Assembly: GCA_028286885.1 (NCBI GenBank)
Contig: JAQBQS010000007.1
Span: 17,645-81,644 of the forward strand
Direction: 5' to 3'
DNA length: 64,000 nt
Source of the DNA: Patescibacteria group bacterium
GTDB lineage: Bacteria; Patescibacteriota; Minisyncoccia; Phycocordibacterales; UBA1006
In this document: positions 10,453 through 20,562 of the stretch, piece after piece
Numbering within the stretch: position 1 is the stretch's first letter
How the letters are laid out: each line of letters opens with the position of its first letter
Program-made: the position numbers and the translations under genes
The notes under the pieces: generated by a model
Database searches by the model: none
What the model was told of the DNA's origin: nothing
What the model saw: only the letters and a program-made list of their open reading frames with translations

Positions 10453-12357
10453 TTACTGTACCTTTCCGTCTGCGCCAACCGTCGACGAATCATTCAAGAG
10501 CTGCGTCGTATTTGAGCGATGGTTGATCGTCATGTCGGTTCCCGTAAACGTGTCATGTCCCATGATCGTAATCGGCCCCGTCAGATCCGCAATGCTTCCC
10601 GACTGCTGGGACGACGGCGTGATGCCGACCTTCATTGAAATAGTTTTTGTCGCGGCAGCCGTACCCGTTCCGGCAGGAACATCACCGACGTTCCACTGGA
10701 GTGTTTTAGTAACAGAGTTGTACGTGACGTTTGCACGCTCGCTCGCGGGAAGCTCCACATCCTTCCACGTAACATTAGTCGGAAGCGTTGTCGTTACCGT
10801 TACGCCCGTCACGCGGTTGCGGAAGTTCGTGATCTGCCAGACCAGCGTATACGTCGTTTCCTTGTTCGGCTGAAGCGGCATCGGCCCGGTGTTTGCAATT
10901 CCTCCCGAATAATGAAGCGTACTTGCAAGCAAATTCAAGTCCGAATTGATAAGAATTGTTTTTTGATCGATATCGGTCGCCGCCTGCTTGACCCCGCCCG
11001 CACCGTAACCAATGACGCTTGCGGAAATTTTAATCGAGGGATTCGTAACTCCCGTTCCGGCTGAGAACTTCTTGGGAGTGATCGAGAACGAAACTTGGCT
11101 CGTTTGTCCCGGTGCCAAGCTCGCAAGTTCCGGCGTCTGCTGCGCTGTCCAAACAATTTCGTTGGTATCGCTCTTGAAATATCCGCTGCCGGCGCGAACC
11201 AGCGTTGGATCGTATGCCGTACCCGAAAGAGCGACATGAATCTCGGCATTCGTAATCGGAACTGACAGCGTATTTTGAAGCGGCACGAGGACCTGGACCG
11301 CCTCTGCGGGACCAATCGCAACGGTCGGATTTGTCTTTCCATTCACGGAAATCTGGGTGGCAAGGAACGCCTTCGAAAGAGGAATCACTTGCGCAATATC
11401 GTTGTAGACCGTATCGAGCACTGCTTGGTTGTTCGCATTTTGCGCCCCGATGGAAGCCTTGATAGCCTGCGCCGAGTTCAATGCTCCGGAGAATTTTCCG
11501 TACACCGTAATCGTGCGGTTGGCGCCCGGCGGCAAATCCCCAAGGTCCCAAACGTTGTTCTGAAATGAGGGAATCGGATCGGCACGCGTATAGGCAAACT
11601 CGGGCGGATACGAGAGAACCAGCGCCGTGTTCGAGAGCGTAGCCGTCCCATTTCCGACAACGTTAAATCGAAGAGGAATTTCCTGGTTCGGAATCGCGGA
11701 ATCCGGCGCATCAAGCGTGAGGAGTACCGGTGATGTTCGAATTGTCACAGCAAATATCTGATCCGATCCGTAAATGGCATTGGATCCCGAGACATCAAAC
11801 TGCAGATGCGCGGAGAGATTCTCGACGGCATTCTGCTGGCCGTACAATTTGATATTGAACGATTCGTTTCGCGTCTCGCCTACGGCCATGGTTCCGATAT
11901 CTCGAGAGATGGTCGCAACGGCATCCGGATTCTGCGCGTTCCCTTCCGGATACTGGAGCGTTAGCGTCGCAAGTTCGAGCGGAAGCTTGTTCTTGTTCAC
12001 GATCGTCACGTCGACCGGCAGGCTTTCTCCTCCGTCGACGAAGGTCTTGGCCGTGATGGTAATCTCGACGTTTTTCGACGAGATCGTATTGCCTCCCGTC
12101 AGGAAACTGAACGCGAAAATAGCGATCGCAATGACAAGGACGCCGAGCGAGCCGAAGAATATTTTCTTGAATGCGGATGACGGCGGTTTCAATTTTGCGG
12201 CCTGAACCGGACCGTTCATTGCCGCAGGATCGCTCCAAGAATCCGGCGCATCGACTTTTTTCGCGCGCAAAACCCGCCGTGCGTTCGGCAGCATCCCGTC
12301 GCCCGTATAGAGTCCGCTGTTTAGCTTTCGCAAGTGAGAATCATCATCCGTAATCAT
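10453..12357 (-). CDS. Large single-TM surface protein with repeated beta-sandwich (DUF11-like) domains
   Basis: N-terminal TM; WDLGDLPPG and LQWNVGDVPAG repeats. Confidence 0.75.
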   Translation of the reverse strand: MITDDDSHLRKLNSGLYTGDGMLPNARRVLRAKKVDAPDSWSDPAAMNGPVQAAKLKPPSSAFKKIFFGSLGVLVIAIAIFAFSFLTGGNTISSKNVEITITAKTFVDGGESLPVDVTIVNKNKLPLELATLTLQYPEGNAQNPDAVATISRDIGTMAVGETRNESFNIKLYGQQNAVENLSAHLQFDVSGSNAIYGSDQIFAVTIRTSPVLLTLDAPDSAIPNQEIPLRFNVVGNGTATLSNTALVLSYPPEFAYTRADPIPSFQNNVWDLGDLPPGANRTITVYGKFSGALNSAQAIKASIGAQNANNQAVLDTVYNDIAQVIPLSKAFLATQISVNGKTNPTVAIGPAEAVQVLVPLQNTLSVPITNAEIHVALSGTAYDPTLVRAGSGYFKSDTNEIVWTAQQTPELASLAPGQTSQVSFSITPKKFSAGTGVTNPSIKISASVIGYGAGGVKQAATDIDQKTILINSDLNLLASTLHYSGGIANTGPMPLQPNKETTYTLVWQITNFRNRVTGVTVTTTLPTNVTWKDVELPASERANVTYNSVTKTLQWNVGDVPAGTGTAAATKTISMKVGITPSSQQSGSIADLTGPITIMGHDTFTGTDMTINHRSNTTQLLNDSSTVGADGKVQ

Positions 12358-12405
12358 ATTAATGAGTATACCACTTCTACAAATGTCCGCTTGTGAATAA
12401 AAAGT

Positions 12406-12969
12406 TTAGACGATCTGCGTCGCTTCGATCGATTCGTTTATCTTTGCGACCAATTCCTTTTTATTCTCGTTCATATTTTTCAAGATTGTTTCGTCTGGAA
12501 TCTCGGCAACGGACTCGCCGCTCCAATAGCCGAGCTTTTGGAGAACATGAATCACAAGAAACAGTTCAAGGCCGGCACTGTCTCCTTGATATGTGTCGAC
12601 CCAGTTCATAATTCCCGCAAAAAAATCAAACAGCTCGGGATGCGCTTCCTCTCCTCGAATCAAATGCTCGGCAAGACCGATTGCGCGATGCCAAGCATGC
12701 AGCACGAAATTGTCGCCGAAGACGCGATGAGTTGCGACTTGATGAATTCCGGTCAACCTCCAGATTGTCTTTCCGTGCACGACATCGATCACGACGTGGT
12801 TGTACCGCGACAATTGCATGCGCATCTTCGATTCGATTTTCCGAGCAGCCTGCGCGCGCGCCGTGATTTTCCCAAGGTCGCGCGTCAAAAAAACCACGTC
12901 GCGGTTCGCCTCGCCATTTGGAATGACGCGCATGATGATGGCTTCGGTTTTATAAATGCTATAGGACAT
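12406..12969 (-). CDS. recO: DNA repair protein RecO (short form)
   Basis: TEAIIMR...GEANR.V.FLTRDLGKI.A.A..ARK..SK. Confidence 0.85.
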   Translation of the reverse strand: MSYSIYKTEAIIMRVIPNGEANRDVVFLTRDLGKITARAQAARKIESKMRMQLSRYNHVVIDVVHGKTIWRLTGIHQVATHRVFGDNFVLHAWHRAIGLAEHLIRGEEAHPELFDFFAGIMNWVDTYQGDSAGLELFLVIHVLQKLGYWSGESVAEIPDETILKNMNENKKELVAKINESIEATQIV

Positions 12970-13036
12970 GTTTTCCTATTGTAACAGAATGCCTCTTAAT
13001 CCAAATTAAATCCCCGCGAACGAGGATTTAACAAGA

Positions 13037-13519
13037 TTACTGCGCCACGCCCGGACCCATCGGCATCGTCGTGGCATTGGTTTTGAGCCATTCGACAATC
13101 TTGAAGTACGCATTTACCTCAGGATTGTCGCCGACGAGGCAGACGCTTGTCGTTGCCTTCTTCTTGTCGATATTCGGAATGCATTTGATCAGATGAACTG
13201 ATGCAATGAGCGAATTGGGAAAATCAAACGAAACGTAATAATTCGGCGGAACGGTAGAATCCGATGTGACGAAATTAAAGGTCTTCCCTTGGACAGTCAT
13301 CGGACCATGCTGCCAACCTTTCGGATACGGCGTATTATTAACAGGGTCCTTGGACCAATTTTTTGTCGCCGAGATGGCAGCAGAAATCTGATCAGTCGAG
13401 GGCAGCTTGATAATATTCTGATACTGGACAAGCGGGTTCTGCGCGTTTGCGTGCGTCTTGAAATAAAAATATCCGCCTGCGACCAGGATAATGACGATGA
13501 TGAGTCCGATGATTTTCAT
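13037..13519 (-). CDS. Hypothetical membrane-anchored protein
   Basis: N-terminal TM; -10 box TAGAAT lies 6 nt before the ATG. Confidence 0.7.
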   Translation of the reverse strand: MKIIGLIIVIILVAGGYFYFKTHANAQNPLVQYQNIIKLPSTDQISAAISATKNWSKDPVNNTPYPKGWQHGPMTVQGKTFNFVTSDSTVPPNYYVSFDFPNSLIASVHLIKCIPNIDKKKATTSVCLVGDNPEVNAYFKIVEWLKTNATTMPMGPGVAQ

Positions 13520-13580
13520 GCAATTATTCTAACACAAAAAAAGCGGCGGCAAGCTTCGCTTGCCGCCGCTTTTTCCTTTT

Positions 13581-16500
13581 CTATTTCCGGAGCTCAAACT
13601 GAAACACGGCTCCCTCCTCGCCAATGACGTTGGCAGGAACGATGCTCTCGCCTTCCTTGGCAACCGGTTCGCCGATAAACAAATCGGCAAGGCCTGTCTT
13701 CTTGATAATCTCATCCTTGTACTTTTTGGACAGATTTTCTCCGGCTTCGCTTGTCGAGAGAATCAGCGTCGGCCGATCTTCCGGCACGAGCCCGTTCTCC
13801 TTGCGGCGCTCCTGAACCCTACGCATGAACTCGCGAACGATTCCCTCTTCTTTCAAGTCCTCATTGATGTTCGTATCAAGAACGACACCTTCGTTTAGAT
13901 TTTCATCAAAGACGATTTCCTTGACGTTCAGCTCGTCGCGCAGAATGTCGAGGAACGATTTGCTCGTTTCGAGTTCCGAACCGATATACGTTCGAGAAAC
14001 GCTCATTGATGCGAGCGGCTGGCGCACTTTGATATTCGCCTTCGCACGAGCCTCCAGTCCGAGTGTTACGAGTTCTCGGACTTGTTCCATCGGCGCGAGC
14101 GTATGTTCGAAACCTACGGCATCGCGAGCCCGGACCGGCCACTGCGCCATATGAACGGATTTCAAATGCTCTTCCTCATGCCAGTTCGTCTTCTGCCAGA
14201 CTTCCTCGGCGATAAATGGCGTAAACGGAGCCATAAGCGCAGACAGATTTTTCAAGATGATGCGCGTCGTGCGAAGCGCTATCCCTCGATCCATCGCATC
14301 GTCGCTCTTGAACCGTTCGCGGCTTCGACGGATATACCACGTCGAGAGTTCTCCGATGAAATCCCGGATCGCCCGCGAAGGCTCCAAGGGCTGATACTGT
14401 TCCAATCCTTCCGTAACTGTTTTCGAAAGTTCGTGGAATTTTGCAAGAATCCACAAATCCAAAACATTCGCATTCTTGGCCGAGTAAGGGTTGTACTCAT
14501 CTCCGCTGAAATCTTGGCTATCCTTGTACATTTCGTAAAACGACACGACGTTGCGGAGCGGATTGAAGACCTTTTTGTTTGCCTCGTCCAATCCCTTCTC
14601 GTCGAAATTCTTCGATTCCCCCGGCTGGTTGACCGAATAGAACCAGAACCTGACGACGTCGGCTCCGTACTTGTCGAACATCGCCCACGGCTCCACGATG
14701 TTGCCGCGAGACTTGGACATTTTGACGCCCGTCGCGTCGAGAAGCAGTCCCATGCAGATCACGTTTTTGTAAGCTTCCGTCGGAGTATCATGGAGCATAT
14801 TGGCGACTGCGTGCATAGTATAGAACCATCCGCGCGTCTGGTCGACTCCTTCGGCGATGTAATCAGCCGGCAACGGACTAAAGTTTACAGGCTCGCCCAA
14901 CACGTGATGCTGCGCGATCGGCATGCTTCCCGAGTCGAACCATACGTCCATGACTTCTGGCGTTCGATACAATTTTTCTCCGTCAAGTTCGAACTCGACT
15001 TGGTCGATGTAAGGCTTGTGAAAGTCGAGCTCGTAATTTTCGTTGTGCGAAACAGGACTAAATTCAAGCGCACGAACTTCTGCATTGTTAAATGGAAATT
15101 CTTTCGGCTCAAGCTTGAGCAAATCTCCAAATGTAAATCCGTTGCAGACAAGTTCAAGGGCTCTCGCTGTTGAATTATGGCAAGCGATCAAAATAGTCTT
15201 GTTTTGATATTTCGAATCAATGTCGTACATGAATTCGCCGCATCGCTTGATGACTTCGTCGAATGACTCGCCGCCTTCGGCCTTGAATTCGTACCTGTTC
15301 GCAGATGCGTTTCGGATTTCCAAATAAGAATCGAGATTTTTTCCTTGAAATTGCGGCCCGACTTTCCATTCGGCAACACGTTCATCAATAACCATTGATG
15401 TTTCATCATAGCCGATGTGATTTGCAATGATTCCAGCTGTTTCGCGTGCGCGAACAATTGGTGACGCAATAACGAGATCAATAGATTCTTTCTTGAGAAG
15501 TTCAGCTGCTGCTGCAACCTGTTCCTTGCCAAGATCCGACAAATGATTGTCCGGATCACCCGTAAAATCCCAGACCCGATTTACATTGCTTTGTGCCTGG
15601 CCGTGGCGAACAACGAGGTATTTATTCCCTGACTTCTTGGCATATTTTTTCAAGTCATCGATGCCGCTGATGATGACTTTATGTTTTTTATCTCCCGTCT
15701 CCCAAACAGGCAGAGGCGTTCCCCAATAGCGGTCGCGCGAAATCGCCCAGTCCTTGATTCCATCGAGCCACTCGCCGAAGCGGCCTTCCTTGATATGATC
15801 AGGTTCCCAATTTATTTTCTCGTTTGCGTCGAGAAGCTGCTGTCGCAATTTCGACATGTTGAAGTACCACGACGTTCTCGCGTAATAGATCAGAGGAGTA
15901 TCGCATCGCCAGCAGTGCGGATAGCTGTGCGTGTAATTCTCCTTCTTAAACAAGAGTCCGCGCGCAGTAAGGTCGTTGATGATGTCCACTGCGAGCGTCG
16001 GCTTGCCGTTCTCATCGTGTTCTTTTACATATCGTCCTGACAATTTCAAATTCTCCGTATCGCAGCCCTCAATAAATTTCCCTTCTTCGTTTACAAGATG
16101 AAATTTCGGAAGTCCGACTTTTGTTCCAAGTTCGAAGTCATCAGCTCCGTACATCACGGCCGTGTGAACGATTCCCGTTCCGTCTGTCGTCGTCACGAAA
16201 TCCGCCGCGTACACCTTGTACGCGTTCTCTCGTTTTGCATGCTGGTGCTCGGGAAGCAGATCCATCATAAATGGATACAATGATTCGTACTGCAATCCTA
16301 CTAACCATTCACCTTTAGTTGTCGAAACTTTTTCAAGATCTTCTATTTCTTTCTTGGCTTTTTCTTCAAAGGCCTGACTGAAAAGATAGAGTTCGTCTTT
16401 ATGTTTTGAATAGTAAAATGCATACCCGATATTATTACCCACTGCCAATCCAACATTCCCAGGTAAAGTCCAAGGTGTTGTTGTCCATGCAAGTATGAAA

Positions 16501-17288
16501 AAATCTTTTGTAGTTAAAGCATCAACCTTTGTTGTAAAATCTGGATTAGAAGTGTGAGTAATAATCGATCCTCCATTTAAAAAGTCAACAATGTAGGGTT
16601 TATCGGATTTAAAGAATGAAATTTTAGCGCCTGCTTTTACTTTAAATTTAACTGTTACCGAAAGATCCTTCACGTCCTTGTATGCCCCCGGCTGGTTGAG
16701 TTCATGCGATGACAATCCCGTCCCGCATCTTGTACACCAAGGAACCACCTTGAAATCTTTATAGAGATGTCCGCGCTCGTCGGCTCGTTTTACGATTGAC
16801 CACAAAGCTTCGATATACGAGTTCTCGTACGTCACATACGGATTCTTCATGTCGAGCCAGAATCCCATGCGTTCGGTCAATTTCTCCCATTCCTCCTTGT
16901 ACGTCCATACGGATTCCTTGCATTTGCGGTTGAACTCGGCGACACCGTACTGCTCGATTTCTTTTTTCGATTTCAAGCCGAGAGATTTTTCCACCTGAAG
17001 CTCCACAGGCAAGCCGTGCGTGTCCCATCCCGCTTTTCGTTTCACCGAAAATCCGCGCATCGTTTTGTAGCGAGGAATGATGTCTTTGAACGAGCGGGCC
17101 GCAACGTGGTGGATGCCGGGCTTTCCGTTGGCGGTCGGAGGTCCCTCGAAGAAATTGAAGTCTCCCATCGGGGCGTCTTTCTCGACAGCCTTTTCGAAGA
17201 TGTTGTTATCTCGCCAAAACGCGAGGATCTTTTCCTCGTTTTCGGCGTTTGGAGATTTTTGTAGGTTGGGGTTCATAATACTTGACAT
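13581..17288 (-). CDS. ileS: Isoleucine--tRNA ligase (IleS2-like) with an inserted histidine-phosphatase domain
   Basis: EGPPTANG..GIHH, GWDTHGLP, WTTTPWTL, DWAISR.RYWG and KMSKS, plus an RHG insert. Start may be 17276. Confidence 0.96.
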   Translation of the reverse strand: MSSIMNPNLQKSPNAENEEKILAFWRDNNIFEKAVEKDAPMGDFNFFEGPPTANGKPGIHHVAARSFKDIIPRYKTMRGFSVKRKAGWDTHGLPVELQVEKSLGLKSKKEIEQYGVAEFNRKCKESVWTYKEEWEKLTERMGFWLDMKNPYVTYENSYIEALWSIVKRADERGHLYKDFKVVPWCTRCGTGLSSHELNQPGAYKDVKDLSVTVKFKVKAGAKISFFKSDKPYIVDFLNGGSIITHTSNPDFTTKVDALTTKDFFILAWTTTPWTLPGNVGLAVGNNIGYAFYYSKHKDELYLFSQAFEEKAKKEIEDLEKVSTTKGEWLVGLQYESLYPFMMDLLPEHQHAKRENAYKVYAADFVTTTDGTGIVHTAVMYGADDFELGTKVGLPKFHLVNEEGKFIEGCDTENLKLSGRYVKEHDENGKPTLAVDIINDLTARGLLFKKENYTHSYPHCWRCDTPLIYYARTSWYFNMSKLRQQLLDANEKINWEPDHIKEGRFGEWLDGIKDWAISRDRYWGTPLPVWETGDKKHKVIISGIDDLKKYAKKSGNKYLVVRHGQAQSNVNRVWDFTGDPDNHLSDLGKEQVAAAAELLKKESIDLVIASPIVRARETAGIIANHIGYDETSMVIDERVAEWKVGPQFQGKNLDSYLEIRNASANRYEFKAEGGESFDEVIKRCGEFMYDIDSKYQNKTILIACHNSTARALELVCNGFTFGDLLKLEPKEFPFNNAEVRALEFSPVSHNENYELDFHKPYIDQVEFELDGEKLYRTPEVMDVWFDSGSMPIAQHHVLGEPVNFSPLPADYIAEGVDQTRGWFYTMHAVANMLHDTPTEAYKNVICMGLLLDATGVKMSKSRGNIVEPWAMFDKYGADVVRFWFYSVNQPGESKNFDEKGLDEANKKVFNPLRNVVSFYEMYKDSQDFSGDEYNPYSAKNANVLDLWILAKFHELSKTVTEGLEQYQPLEPSRAIRDFIGELSTWYIRRSRERFKSDDAMDRGIALRTTRIILKNLSALMAPFTPFIAEEVWQKTNWHEEEHLKSVHMAQWPVRARDAVGFEHTLAPMEQVRELVTLGLEARAKANIKVRQPLASMSVSRTYIGSELETSKSFLDILRDELNVKEIVFDENLNEGVVLDTNINEDLKEEGIVREFMRRVQERRKENGLVPEDRPTLILSTSEAGENLSKKYKDEIIKKTGLADLFIGEPVAKEGESIVPANVIGEEGAVFQFELRK

Positions 17289-17333
17289 TACTTAAATAAT
17301 ATAGTAAACTCTTCTTAAACAAAATTAATAGCA

Positions 17334-17522
17334 ATGGAAACAAATACTATTCTCTTGATTATTCTGATCTGCATCGTTTGGATTGGAATAGGCCATAATA
17401 CTTTAGCGTCGAGCTACGTAACAAGGGACACCCTGCTGGGGAATGTCTCCCGCTTAAAGAAAGCTTCTTATGTCTTCCTGTGGCCTCTTGTCACATTAGG
17501 CATGATTCTTCATAAGGCTTAA
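17334..17522 (+). CDS. Small orphan membrane protein, antisense within the ileS leader
   Basis: Two hydrophobic segments; TTGACA-17-TAAACT promoter at 17282-17310. Confidence 0.6.
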   Translation: METNTILLIILICIVWIGIGHNTLASSYVTRDTLLGNVSRLKKASYVFLWPLVTLGMILHKA

Positions 17523-17529
17523 AATCCGC

Positions 17530-17720
17530 AAACAAAAACTCATCCGCGAAACACGACTTAACAGTCATGCTTCAAGGACGAGTTTCTTTCTTTGCAAGAA
17601 ATCGTGGTACCACCTTGGTTGCTTCTCGTTACGGCTGTGACGGGCGTGCCCGCCGGGTTCTACTTGGCATATGCCATTCTTCCCGGAGCAAAGGGGTGAT
17701 TAGTCCCTTGTCGCTGTATG
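17530..17720 (-). promoter_or_regulatory. Ile T-box riboswitch with ultrashort stem I, terminator type
   Basis: AUC specifier (17698-17700), stem II GAAGAA/AGTAGAA S-turn, CGGG..CCCGTCACAGCC, antiterminator CAAGG-TGGTACC-ACG...CGTCCTTG, an overlapping terminator, and promoter TTGTCT-17-TATTGT. Confidence 0.9.
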
Positions 17721-17807
17721 GTGAAACAATATCACGGCGTTGACGAGAAGACAAGACGATACTTGGTTTTTCTTGCGCCAATTTTTCCAAGTTGCTAGAA
17801 TGTCCCC

Positions 17808-18059
17808 ATGCTCGAAGTCTTCTCAAATTTCATCGAATGGTTCGGAACCATCGCCATCCTCTCCGCATACGGACTTACCCTCTTCCACGTCATCCCCTTC
17901 CAAGGAAAACTGTTCTACATCGCGAACCTCGCAGGCGCGATCGCGCTCGTCATCGGCAGCGCGTTCAAGAGAAACCTCTGGAACAACGTTCTGTTCTATT
18001 TCATCTGGGCGGTCCTGACCGCACTTGTCTTGTTCAATCCGTTCCATTGGCATTTTTAA
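17808..18059 (+). CDS. Small 3-TM membrane protein (CBU_0592-like)
   Basis: WFGTIAILSAYGL...NLAGA; promoter TTGCGC..TAGAAT ends 6 nt before the ATG. Confidence 0.7.
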   Translation: MLEVFSNFIEWFGTIAILSAYGLTLFHVIPFQGKLFYIANLAGAIALVIGSAFKRNLWNNVLFYFIWAVLTALVLFNPFHWHF

Positions 18060-18081
18060 AAAACACCCGCGCGGGTGTTTT

Positions 18082-19794
18082 TTACATTCTCTCCGGCGCC
18101 TTGATGCCAAGAAGGCCGAGTCCGTTTTTCAAAACGATTTGCGCAGCCTTTGCGACCGCGAGGCGATGAGCCGAAGTTTCCTGGTCGCTCTCGTCGACGA
18201 TTTTATTCGCACCGTAGAACGAGTTGAATGTCCGACACAATTCGACGAGATACGTCACAACGTGCTGCGGAGCAAATTCTGAAATCGCGCTTTCGACGAC
18301 CGAGTGGAACTGCATCGTAATGCGTTCCAAGTCAGTTGCTGGCTCACCCGCCTTGTACGCCGGAGCAATGCCGAGTCCGGCAGCCTTGTCGAGAAGACTC
18401 GCAATGCGCGCATGCGTGTACTGCAAGTACGGACCGGAATCTCCTTCGAACGAGAGCGAGGTTTCAGGATCGAAGTTGATGTTCTGGCCGGGCTTGGTTC
18501 GCAGAATTGAAAACTTGATCGCGGCAATGGCGATAGCATCGGCATTTTCCGCAGTGCTCGTGTTTTCTCGCCCCTTCGATCGTTCTTCGACTTCGGCAAG
18601 AACCGTTTCAAGAACATCGGTTGCAAGAGGAACGCCGCCCAAACGCGAAGACATTTTCTGGCCCTTGAAACTCATGCGTCCGTGAGGAACATGCACCGAC
18701 TTTTCCTTCCACTCTGAATGAATTTTCGAAGCGGCATCGACGACGACGTCGAAATGCGGAACCTGGTGCGCGTCCGTTACGATCGCGGAGAGATCAGGAT
18801 TATATCGGTCGAACTTGATCGAGAGAAGCCCCATGTCTTTTGTTTCGTACGTCGGATGACCTTCGCTCGTCATGAAGACGAGCGTCGGAAGGTGCGTCGA
18901 TTCTTCGGGAACATAAATGACCGCCCCTTCGCTCTCCTTGAAAACGTTTCCGATATGCTCGCGAATAATTTTCTCACCAACGATGCCGGCTTCGGATTCG
19001 AAAATATACGAATCAAAATGCGAACCGAGGCGTGCAACAGTATTCTCGAAATAGTGAACGTTGAGTTTTTTCGTATGGAGATAAAGTTCGAATGCCGGAG
19101 TATTTTCGGCGCGATAAATTTCCTCGTTGATTTTGCGGATCTCGGAAACCGTTTCAGGATTATCCTCAAACGCGCGTGTTCCCGCTGCGTAGCACTCGCC
19201 GAGGAATTTCATTTTAGATTCAAGAGAAGCAGAATCGTCGTACAAGAAGGCGTGTTCCTGCTGCATAACGCTCCAGATCGCCTTGGCGATGCCGAGACCT
19301 ACGTCTGACGGAAACGAAATGGGAATGACGTTTGCGCCCGAAAATTTCATAATGCGCACCAACGACTCCCCGATCGCGTTGTTCATCATGTGCCCGATAT
19401 GAAACGGCTTGAACAGATTTGGGCTTGAATGCTCGACAAGGATTTTTTTGCCAAGATGCACGCCGGATTTTCCGAAGTTTTCTTGTTCAAGAAAAACAGT
19501 CTTGTTCAATTCTTGAAAATAAGAATCAGTGAGTTTGAAGTTGATAAAACCGGGACCTGCAACGTGAACGCTTTCAAGTTCTGCAATATTTTGATTTTTC
19601 AATTCCTGCACCAATGCGTCTGCGACCTCGCGCGGATTCTTGGCAAGAACTTTAGCCGAGGCGAGCGCCGCGTTCGTCGCGAAATCCCCGTGCGAGAGTT
19701 CCGTCGGATGTTCCAACGAAAAGGAAACATTTTCCGCACCGAGATTTTTCAGTGATTCGGCAAGTGCCGTATGGAGTTTTTGGCGGATGGTCAT
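18082..19794 (-). CDS. argS: Arginine--tRNA ligase
   Basis: HGDFATN, AGPGFINF, EHSSPN..KPFHIGH, KMSSR, GPYLQYTHAR, C-terminal PERM. Start re-called at MTIRQK. Confidence 0.97.
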   Translation of the reverse strand: MTIRQKLHTALAESLKNLGAENVSFSLEHPTELSHGDFATNAALASAKVLAKNPREVADALVQELKNQNIAELESVHVAGPGFINFKLTDSYFQELNKTVFLEQENFGKSGVHLGKKILVEHSSPNLFKPFHIGHMMNNAIGESLVRIMKFSGANVIPISFPSDVGLGIAKAIWSVMQQEHAFLYDDSASLESKMKFLGECYAAGTRAFEDNPETVSEIRKINEEIYRAENTPAFELYLHTKKLNVHYFENTVARLGSHFDSYIFESEAGIVGEKIIREHIGNVFKESEGAVIYVPEESTHLPTLVFMTSEGHPTYETKDMGLLSIKFDRYNPDLSAIVTDAHQVPHFDVVVDAASKIHSEWKEKSVHVPHGRMSFKGQKMSSRLGGVPLATDVLETVLAEVEERSKGRENTSTAENADAIAIAAIKFSILRTKPGQNINFDPETSLSFEGDSGPYLQYTHARIASLLDKAAGLGIAPAYKAGEPATDLERITMQFHSVVESAISEFAPQHVVTYLVELCRTFNSFYGANKIVDESDQETSAHRLAVAKAAQIVLKNGLGLLGIKAPERM

Positions 19795-19916
19795 GACGCT
19801 ACAATAGCATATTTTGGCCGAGAAAAAAGGCACCTTGACATGCTTGCGTCCGTAAGATAAGGTTACGGAAACCGATTGAGATCACTTCAATTTTCATAAC
19901 TTAAAAAAAATAACCG

Positions 19917-20468
19917 ATGGATGAACACAAGCAACGAATCTACTCCGTGCTGTATTTTTTAAAAAAGAGCCGCGGGATAGGATTCAAGAACGACCTTTTA
20001 TACAAATCAAAGGAGCTTCCCGGCGACATGGATCGATTTAAAAAACTGACAGTAGGGCACATTGTCCTGATGGGAAGAAAAAATTGGGATAGCATTCCTC
20101 CGAAATTCCGCCCGTTCGCCGATAGGATCAACGTAGTCATTACGAGAAATCCTGAACTCTTCAAAAATGAGCCGGATGTCTACGCGTTCAGCAATGTCTT
20201 TCGCGCCATCGCATGGCTCACATTAGTTTTCCCGGACAAGCATATTGCGGTGATCGGAGGAGGCGAGATCTACAAACTCCTTTTTCCTTACTGCGATATG
20301 ATTTACGCAACTGAAATCTCCGGCGATAAGGAAGCGGACGTTTTTGTGGAGATCCCTGAAAACTTTTTCCTTGCTGAAGAATACGAATTCACCGAAGGTC
20401 CGACCGGAGTGAAATTCAATTTCGCCGATTACGTCAACAAGGGTCAATTGAAGGTTCCTGTCATATAA
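19917..20468 (+). CDS. folA: Dihydrofolate reductase
   Basis: DMDRFKKLT.GH.VLMGRKNWDSIP, R.NVVITR, IGGGEIY. Confidence 0.9.
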   Translation: MDEHKQRIYSVLYFLKKSRGIGFKNDLLYKSKELPGDMDRFKKLTVGHIVLMGRKNWDSIPPKFRPFADRINVVITRNPELFKNEPDVYAFSNVFRAIAWLTLVFPDKHIAVIGGGEIYKLLFPYCDMIYATEISGDKEADVFVEIPENFFLAEEYEFTEGPTGVKFNFADYVNKGQLKVPVI

Positions 20469-20562
20469 TGCCAAGCCGTCCTCCGGGACGGCTTTTTCTT
20501 GACAAAAAGCCTTAAAAGAGTACTGTGTGTGGGAACAAATTTCCTAACAAAACTTTATAAAC

